From positions 34,368 through 98,367 of the forward strand of contig PKUJ01000027.1 of assembly GCA_002869565.1 (NCBI GenBank): a stretch of 64,000 nucleotides of DNA, read 5' to 3'. Under the pieces are notes generated by a model. That model was not told the DNA's origin. It was given only the letters and a program-made list of their open reading frames with translations, and made no database searches. Made by a program: the position numbers and the translations under genes. Positions 57,770 to 64,000 of the stretch are shown piece after piece. Source of the stretch: Arcobacter sp. (GTDB taxonomy: Bacteria > Campylobacterota > Campylobacteria > Campylobacterales > Arcobacteraceae). The number at the start of each line of letters is the position of its first letter. Position 1 is the first letter of the stretch.

Positions 57770-58246
57770 TTATTTCTTATGACCAGTTTGTCCTTTTCTT
57801 TCAAGTAATTCTTCACAATTTTCTCCACCTATATCATAAGCTTCTCCGAATCCAAAGATTGCTTCACCTGATTTTGGTGTAAATTCATAGATAGAAAAAT
57901 CTTTCATACTCTTTAGCATTTTCATTGTTGAACCTTGCTCTTTTTCAAAAATTGATATTAGATTATCAAATTCTTTAGTATCTCTTGGTAGTTTTACTGA
58001 TGTTGATTGTAAAACAACTCTTTTTCTTCCAAAGATATTTTCGCATGAAATTTCATCTTCTATAAAAAACAAAGCAACATTATTGTTTGCATCTAAGTTT
58101 CTTGTATGTCTAGCCATAGCGCTAATATAAACGTAGTATTTATTCTCATTTTTTATAAATGGTGCATAACTTGTAAATGGCAGATTATCTTCATCTATTG
58201 TTGATAAAACTACACTTTTGAAATTTTTTAAAAATTCTTCTAACAT
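57770..58246 (-). CDS. PNPOx-like FMN-binding split-barrel protein (HugZ/HutZ-like)
   Basis: LSTIDEDNLPFTSYAPF...VALFFIEDE pattern. Start chosen at MLEEFL (GGGAGG 7 nt upstream), whose ATG overlaps the upstream TAA (TAATG). Confidence 0.65.
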   Translation of the reverse strand: MLEEFLKNFKSVVLSTIDEDNLPFTSYAPFIKNENKYYVYISAMARHTRNLDANNNVALFFIEDEISCENIFGRKRVVLQSTSVKLPRDTKEFDNLISIFEKEQGSTMKMLKSMKDFSIYEFTPKSGEAIFGFGEAYDIGGENCEELLERKGQTGHKK

Positions 58247-60612
58247 TATATTTCCTCCCATAATAGAGATATTTTAACATTATAAATATCTTTTCTCCTT
58301 AGTTTTATGAAAGTCTCTTCAATTTCATAGTTCGAGATATGATACTCTTCATTGATTTTTTTAATTTCATCTTCAAGTTTTTCTTTTAGGTTTTCTATAT
58401 CTGCTGAAATTTCTTCTATTTCTGCTTCAACAAAAGCTACATCTTTTTTCTCTTTTAAAACTTTTGATACATTTTTTACCCCACTTGCTGCTTTACCTAC
58501 ATTTGTTTTACTTAATATTGAGTTACCAAAAAAAGCCCCTAATATTGAGGAACCAATAGAAATAAGTGTATCAGTTGTTTTGGCACTTGCCTGATCTTTC
58601 TCTTTTTCTAATTTAACATATAATCTATCAAGTTTTGTTTCTAAGCTATCTTTTTCTTTTTCATACTTTAATTGAAGTTTTTCGATATTTTCATCAATTG
58701 CTTCATTTAATCTATCTTGTACTCTAATTTTAAAATCTGCTAAGTTCTCATCTTGTTTTGAGGTGAGTTTTAATGCAGAAATTGTATGTAAGGTAAGTTT
58801 ATGATTTTGATATATTAAATTTATAAATTCTCTTTGTAAAGATTTTAATTCTCTAGCATTTTGAACAAAAGTAGGAATATTATAGTATGAAGAGTTTGCT
58901 CTTTCATTTTTTGAAAAATCAAAATTTTCTAGTTCTTCTTTATCCTCCCAATTAACATTTGAATCTGTTTCATCTAAATATATTTTATGTAAAATCTGTT
59001 TTTTTACATCTATTTTTTTTGTTGCATTATAAAAATTTAAATCACAAGAAGCAAGTAAGTATGGCTGCATTTGATAAGAGTCTTGTTGTGAAATATATGA
59101 AAAATTTTCTTCTAAATCATTTGGTAAAATAGGTTTACTTGATGATGAATCATTTGTATTTGTTTTATTTGATGAAGTTGCTACAACTTCTGGTTTTTTT
59201 AAAGCCTTAGCTATTTTATCTGCCATAAGTTTTTTAATATCATCTTTTGAAATAGGACCTTTTAAATATGATAAAACCCATCTAGTTTGAAATACTTTAA
59301 TAGCATCTTCATGAATATTTTTCATAATAAAGTTTCTTTTATTTAAGTTTGAAAGCATATCCATTAGCTCTTTTTTATCAAACTTTACCTTTCCACTTGT
59401 TGCTAATCCATCTATTACTTTCTCTTTATCTTGTTTTGTTTGAAGACGTCCAATGAACCAAGTACCAATGTTTGCTAAACCTTTATAATCTATGTCCACA
59501 GGGTTTTGAGTTGATAATATAACTCCAACTCCAAAGGATCTAGCTTGTTTTAGAAGTGTAAGCATTGGCTGTTTTGATGGGGGATTTTTTGAAGGTGGAA
59601 AATAGCCAAATATTTCATCCATATAAAGTAGGGCTTTAAGGGAAGAAGTTCCCTCTTGTCTTCTCATCCAGGCAACCATTTGATTTAGTAATAGTGATAC
59701 AAAAAACATTCTTTGTGAATCATTTAGATGTGAAATAGAGAAAATAGAAACTCTTGCTTTTCCATTTTCATCATATAATAAATTAGAGATATCTAAAGGC
59801 TCTCCCTCAATCCAAGACTTAAAAGATGGATTTGCAATAATTGTATTTAGTTTTAGTGCAAGTTTTAATCTATCATCTTGTGCAAAAAATGTCTCTAAAT
59901 CAAATACTCCAATTTTTTTAAAAGGAGGAGTAACTATTGAAGAGATTAATTCTTCCAGATTTAAATCTTTTCCTTGGCTATAAAAGTTCATAAAAATAGA
60001 AGATACTAAAATATGCTCTTTTGACGATGTATTATCTTTGATATCCACAAGTGATAAAAGTGAAGATACTGTTGAATTAACAAGCTGATTTAAAATATCT
60101 GCATCTTCTAACACCTCTTTTGAAGGAGCTTTAAAAGAAGAAAGAACAGAAACAGGAACACCTGCTGTACTTCCTGGTGTATATATTGTAAAATCAGCAC
60201 TATTTTTTAGTTTAGAAATTCTCTCTTTACTTTGAAAGTCACCAGTGATTCCATTTTCCCACAAAGTTGCAGTTTTTTGTGCAAGTTCAGCTTTAGTCAT
60301 AGAGTTATTTATCGCGTCTTGTTCTTCAACCCACGGTTCAAAATCACTTCCTTTTAACTCTGGAAAAGTTAAAAGGAGGTTCCCCATATCTCCTTTTGGA
60401 TCAATTATAATTGAAGGTATATTATCAATAGCAGCTTCTTCAAGTAGTGAAATTCCAAGCCCAGTTTTCCCACTTCCTGTCATACCAATTATTGCAGCAT
60501 GTGTAGTTAAGTGTTTGTTTTTATATATAACTGGGATTGATTCTTCATCATTGATTTTTTCTTTTCCTATATAAAAAAGTTTTAATTTTTCATAATCAAA
60601 TGTGCTACTCAT
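58246..60612 (-). CDS. HerA/FtsK-superfamily P-loop NTPase (DUF87/DUF853-like) with long coiled-coil C-terminal extension
   Basis: Walker A IIGMTGSGKTG, Walker B ALLYMDEIFGYF, plus ILSTQNPVDIDY. The C-terminal ~300 aa are coiled-coil with one hydrophobic segment. Confidence 0.7.
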   Translation of the reverse strand: MSSTFDYEKLKLFYIGKEKINDEESIPVIYKNKHLTTHAAIIGMTGSGKTGLGISLLEEAAIDNIPSIIIDPKGDMGNLLLTFPELKGSDFEPWVEEQDAINNSMTKAELAQKTATLWENGITGDFQSKERISKLKNSADFTIYTPGSTAGVPVSVLSSFKAPSKEVLEDADILNQLVNSTVSSLLSLVDIKDNTSSKEHILVSSIFMNFYSQGKDLNLEELISSIVTPPFKKIGVFDLETFFAQDDRLKLALKLNTIIANPSFKSWIEGEPLDISNLLYDENGKARVSIFSISHLNDSQRMFFVSLLLNQMVAWMRRQEGTSSLKALLYMDEIFGYFPPSKNPPSKQPMLTLLKQARSFGVGVILSTQNPVDIDYKGLANIGTWFIGRLQTKQDKEKVIDGLATSGKVKFDKKELMDMLSNLNKRNFIMKNIHEDAIKVFQTRWVLSYLKGPISKDDIKKLMADKIAKALKKPEVVATSSNKTNTNDSSSSKPILPNDLEENFSYISQQDSYQMQPYLLASCDLNFYNATKKIDVKKQILHKIYLDETDSNVNWEDKEELENFDFSKNERANSSYYNIPTFVQNARELKSLQREFINLIYQNHKLTLHTISALKLTSKQDENLADFKIRVQDRLNEAIDENIEKLQLKYEKEKDSLETKLDRLYVKLEKEKDQASAKTTDTLISIGSSILGAFFGNSILSKTNVGKAASGVKNVSKVLKEKKDVAFVEAEIEEISADIENLKEKLEDEIKKINEEYHISNYEIEETFIKLRRKDIYNVKISLLWEEI

Positions 60613-60713
60613 AATAGACCTTTTATTTTATTAATTTTGATGGATATTATAGCAAAAAAAAAGTGAATGCCTTAATAGACATTCACTTTCAAAGTAACGT
60701 GAAATTGTATTTA

Positions 60714-61037
60714 TTATTCAGTAACTTCTGCGTCTGCACTATCTGCTTTTAATTCTGCAATTGCTGCTGATCTTTCTGTCTCATCTGCAAATAATGCACT
60801 AGTTCCAACAATTTGACCATTGGTAGATTTAATATTGAAAAAAGGCTTACCATTTGATGATTCTTTTAATTCGTATCTTTCATCAATTTGACAGTTTTTC
60901 TTTACTGATTCAATACCATTTTTTGCACTAGCTTTTTGAGCATAGTTTTCACTTTTTACAATTGTTTTACCTTCTGCATTTACAAAAACAAATGTAAATG
61001 GCTCAGCTGCGTCACTTTTTCTTAAGTTTATTGTCAT
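60714..61037 (-). CDS. YegP (DUF1508) family protein
   Basis: 107 aa with two DUF1508-like repeats (FTFVFVNAEGKTIVKSENY and FFNIKSTNGQIVGTSALF). Confidence 0.7.
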   Translation of the reverse strand: MTINLRKSDAAEPFTFVFVNAEGKTIVKSENYAQKASAKNGIESVKKNCQIDERYELKESSNGKPFFNIKSTNGQIVGTSALFADETERSAAIAELKADSADAEVTE

Positions 61038-61099
61038 ATATTCTTCCTTGTGTTAAATTTATATTCATTGTATATCAAAATAATTTAAAAAATTCTTAC

Positions 61100-61630
61100 T
61101 TAAAAGAACTTTTTAGCCATTCCCATTAAATCATCAACTACAGAACCATCGTCATCTTGATCAATAAAATCAGTTAACATACATGTAATATCATTTGTAT
61201 TGGAAGTATCCTTTGAATTTAGATTTGTTTGTTTGTTTAATGCTCCCATAATAAGAGGAGCAATCATTGGTAAAAGTGAAGAGATAGATGAAGCATCAAA
61301 TCCTCTTTTTACACTTAACTCATCCGCAACATCTTTTTCATTTTCATTTAGTGAAGAAAAAAGTTGAGCTAACATATTTTCATTATCAAGAGTATCAATT
61401 TTACTTGGCTCTTCTTTTATTTTGTCTAAATCTGTATTTGAAATCATTTTGATTAAATCAGAAGAATCAGAATCTCCTGCTAAGTTTTCTTTTGCACCAT
61501 TTAAAAGTCTAGGAGTAAGTTCTGTAATAAGAGATTGAACTCCATTTGTATCGATTCCTGATTTATCTGAAAGAGTAGCCAGAATATTTTCATCTAACCC
61601 ACTTTCTAATATAGTGTTTAATATACTCAT
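61100..61630 (-). CDS. DUF937-like protein
   Basis: 176 aa, acidic, with LLPMIAPLIMGAL and a C-terminal DDDGSVVDDLMGMAKKFF. Confidence 0.55.
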   Translation of the reverse strand: MSILNTILESGLDENILATLSDKSGIDTNGVQSLITELTPRLLNGAKENLAGDSDSSDLIKMISNTDLDKIKEEPSKIDTLDNENMLAQLFSSLNENEKDVADELSVKRGFDASSISSLLPMIAPLIMGALNKQTNLNSKDTSNTNDITCMLTDFIDQDDDGSVVDDLMGMAKKFF

Positions 61631-61761
61631 TTATAATCCTTTTATAGATTTATAAAAGTGTAGCGCATTTAGTATTAATTAATAATTTGATACCTTATCA
61701 AATTTTTCAGTTATAGTAAAAATATAGTTTGTGATTTTTTATAGTTTAATAAGAGAGAAGC

Positions 61762-62811
61762 TTAAGCTTCTTTGCTTGCTCTCTCTTTTCTTTTTGCTTT
61801 CATTTTATTAAGTGCTAATCTTCTCATATCAGCTGTAGTATCAGATTCATCCATAATCTCAAGACCTAAAAGTGTTTCAATACAATCTTCTAGGGTAATA
61901 AGACCTTCTGTTTGATCATAGTTATCCAGAACAATAAACATATGCTCTCTTTTTTCAATAAACTTGTTAAGAGCTTTTGGAACTGGAATATTTTCATTTA
62001 GAGTAAATGCCGGTTTCATTATTGATTCCATTGTTGCATTTGGATTCTTAATGGCTTGTTTAAACAATTTTTTTGTAAGAACTACACCTACAATATTGTC
62101 TATAGAGTCTTCATATACTGGGACTCTTGAAAATTTATAAGTTCTTTTATCTTCTAAAATATCTTTTATAGCCGTATTCTTTTCAATAGCATATACAACT
62201 GATCTCGGAGTTAAAATATCTTTTATTTTCATCTCTTTTAAAGTTAGAGTATTCTCAATAATATCTGATTCTAAATCACCAATAACTCCTTCTTCTTCAC
62301 TTAATAGTGTAGTATGAATTAGCTCTTCTCGTGAAAGTGAATCTCCTGTATCATTGCCTTTTATTTTTTTAGTTACAAATTGAGTAAGTATAATTATAGG
62401 ATACGTAATAAAAACAAAAAATCGTATAATTCTAGCTGCTAGTGGGGCTAATTCTCTCCAGTAAACAGCTCCAATAGTTTTTGGAATAATTTCTGCAAAA
62501 AATAAAATTGCAAAAGTTAATACTATTGATACAATCATAACTAATGTTTTGTCTCCAGAAAAAACATTTTGAGCTTGTACTCCAATTGCAGTTGCACCAA
62601 GTGTATTTGCAATTGTGTTTAAAATTAAAATTGATGAGATTGAACTATCTATATCATTTTTGAGTCTTTTTAAAAGTTGTCCTGCACTTGGATTCCTTTT
62701 CTCTAAAACAGATATATAAGTAAAGTTGGTTGATAGAATAATAGATTCTAATACAGAACATAAAAACGAAATACTAATTACGGCAAAAAACAGAATTATT
62801 AAAAGTTCCAT
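61762..62811 (-). CDS. CNNM/TlyC-type protein (DUF21 membrane domain + CBS pair)
   Basis: N-terminal 4 TM segments (DUF21) followed by tandem CBS domains. Confidence 0.85.
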   Translation of the reverse strand: MELLIILFFAVISISFLCSVLESIILSTNFTYISVLEKRNPSAGQLLKRLKNDIDSSISSILILNTIANTLGATAIGVQAQNVFSGDKTLVMIVSIVLTFAILFFAEIIPKTIGAVYWRELAPLAARIIRFFVFITYPIIILTQFVTKKIKGNDTGDSLSREELIHTTLLSEEEGVIGDLESDIIENTLTLKEMKIKDILTPRSVVYAIEKNTAIKDILEDKRTYKFSRVPVYEDSIDNIVGVVLTKKLFKQAIKNPNATMESIMKPAFTLNENIPVPKALNKFIEKREHMFIVLDNYDQTEGLITLEDCIETLLGLEIMDESDTTADMRRLALNKMKAKRKERASKEA

Positions 62812-62969
62812 TTATAACCTCTATTAATGAAATTGCACCTCGAGGAATTATCTTCCAATATAACGCTCCTTTTTTTGAAAAAAATTAATGGCATATAATA
62901 GCAAAAAATATCTTTAATTTAATTTTTTTTGACAAATTTCTTCAAATTTCTGTATAATATAAGTACGAA

Positions 62970-63389
62970 TTGTATAAGGAGGTCATTATGGAATATGGAT
63001 TGATACCAAATATTAACCAATATGTGGATAATAATCAAGTTCAACTTCAACAAGTACAACCTTTAAGTGAAATTGCAAAACTTAAAAATGGAGATGAAGC
63101 TAAACAGATTGCAAAGGATAATTTTCTAAAAGGAGTTGATACTGTATCAACTGAAAAAGCATCTGAAGTTTCTAAAAGTAAAGAAGTTACTCCTCAGAAA
63201 GTCGCGCAATATCAAGAAGTTGCATTAACAAATTTGAATTTTGGATACAATGATTCATCTAAAGATTTTTATGTAAAAGCTGTAAGAGGAAAAGCTGAAA
63301 GTCAATTTCCTACTGATGAAATGATGAAACTAAAAGCATATTTTATTGCTCAATCAAAAGCAGAAATAGCCGCAGAATTGGAAGTTTAA
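62970..63389 (+). CDS. hypothetical protein, weakly FlaG-like
   Basis: The C-terminal NLNFGYNDSSKDFYVKAVRGKAESQFPTDEMMKL resembles the FlaG core. The real start is probably MEYGL at 62988. Confidence 0.35.
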   Translation: MYKEVIMEYGLIPNINQYVDNNQVQLQQVQPLSEIAKLKNGDEAKQIAKDNFLKGVDTVSTEKASEVSKSKEVTPQKVAQYQEVALTNLNFGYNDSSKDFYVKAVRGKAESQFPTDEMMKLKAYFIAQSKAEIAAELEV

Positions 63390-64000
63390 TTAAATAAAAC
63401 TATTTGATTTCTACCATTTTCTTTTGCTTTATACAAAGCTTTATCTGCATTTGCAAGAATATCTTTGAGGTGTAGGTTTTGCTTTGCTTCACTTATTCCA
63501 AAAGAAGCAGTTATTTTACGAACTTTAAAATCTTCATTTTCAATTAGATTTTTTAATCTAATAGCTAATCTTTCAGCACTATGAATTTGGGTATTCTTGC
63601 ATATAATTAAAAACTCTTCTCCTCCCCACCTTCCAATAATATCATTTTGGTTTACGTTATATTTTAATATTGATGAAATTTTAATTAAAATTTCATCCCC
63701 AACTAGGTGTCCAAAATCATCATTTATTGTTTTAAAATGGTCAATATCTAATAATATCAAAGAAAACTTTTTATTTTTTATCTCAGCATTTAATATTTTA
63801 TAAATTTTTCTTCTATTTTTTAAACCTGTTAAAGAATCTGTATTTGATAGAAATTCAAGTTGTTCATTATATTTATTGATATTTTTTTGTCTGTAAAAAT
63901 ATAAAAGTAAAAGGGTAAGTACAACAATCGAGATATTAATCATCATGCTTTTATCAATAAATTTTTTATCAAATTTTACAGTTAACCATTTTCTAATAAT
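63386..64000 (-). CDS. GGDEF diguanylate cyclase (5' end outside window)
   Basis: Has DSLTGLKNRR, RWGGEEFLII and ADKALYKAKENGRN. The frame stays open to the window edge. Confidence 0.8.
   Translation of the reverse strand: MIRKWLTVKFDKKFIDKSMMINISIVVLTLLLLYFYRQKNINKYNEQLEFLSNTDSLTGLKNRRKIYKILNAEIKNKKFSLILLDIDHFKTINDDFGHLVGDEILIKISSILKYNVNQNDIIGRWGGEEFLIICKNTQIHSAERLAIRLKNLIENEDFKVRKITASFGISEAKQNLHLKDILANADKALYKAKENGRNQIVLFN

Noticed and set aside
2210-63803. Many ORFs in the supplied track lie antisense to, or out of frame within, long well-supported genes. These are 2210..2503, 5382..5579, 8776..8961, 8991..9185, 10814..11122, 12268..12498, 19283..19573, 23275..23526, 23566..23841, 27525..27746, 27754..27960, 28653..28838, 29244..29459, 30872..31057, 32298..32552, 34697..34900, 35348..35542, 38377..38577, 39672..40028, 39886..40074, 41521..41775, 44108..44344, 45537..45890, 49719..49940, 51527..51835, 52182..52367, 53114..53296, 55545..55850, 55955..56158, 55992..56195, 56341..56589, 56826..57011, 58352..58594, 60245..60574 and 63597..63803.
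   Set aside because: They are shadow ORFs, as expected in AT-rich DNA opposite real genes. Their composition is low-complexity (I/F/L/S/K-rich), they have no motifs, and each is fully overlapped by a gene with clear family signatures.
1-64000. I looked for rRNA, tRNA, CRISPR arrays, IS elements/transposases and prophage blocks.
   Set aside because: I saw no GC-rich structured stretch of tRNA or rRNA type and no regularly spaced direct repeats. I saw no transposase, phage-structural or intact recombinase ORFs. The only recombinase signal is the intI relic.

Overview
This is an AT-rich window (about 27-30% GC by eye, not computed). Gene content and style resemble an Arcobacter/Aliarcobacter-like Campylobacterota chromosome, which is inference only. 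It holds about 75 protein-coding genes on both strands. Most are transporters (EamA/DMT x2 plus one fragment, LysE, MATE, BCCT, DAACS, SstT, MFS/OFA, YitT, CNNM), small redox or metabolic enzymes, and c-di-GMP signalling proteins. I saw no rRNA, tRNA, CRISPR array or IS/transposase. The items most worth a second look are these. (1) At 51.5-57.8 kb there is an RNA-repair/ribosome-rescue island: rtcB2-prfH-unknown-rtcB on the minus strand, facing a tightly overlapping four-gene plus-strand operon that ends in a WYL regulator. The two minus-strand transcription units share an 18-nt motif at the same distance from their -10 boxes, and a 36-codon leader ORF overlaps the rtcB2 start. (2) At 28.0-29.9 kb there is a decayed integron: an intI N-terminal remnant, an attI-like core, and two minus-strand cassettes bounded by attC-like imperfect palindromes. 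(3) At 19.7-23.0 kb there is a hemerythrin-MoxR AAA+-VWA/metallopeptidase-like-unknown operon, and its last gene has a paralogue at 31.7 kb. (4) At 41.5-44.1 kb there is a cytochrome bd superfamily subunit I-like protein fused to a C-terminal cytochrome c, with a polytopic partner. (5) Otherwise intact genes carry single in-frame TAA codons in A-rich context: PhoD-like, ppiC and a DUF922 paralogue within 2.2 kb, plus an OXA-type beta-lactamase relic. Other gene relics include YoeB-like, MarR-like and an EamA/GGDEF junction. All functional calls come from motif and family recognition by eye; no database search was possible.
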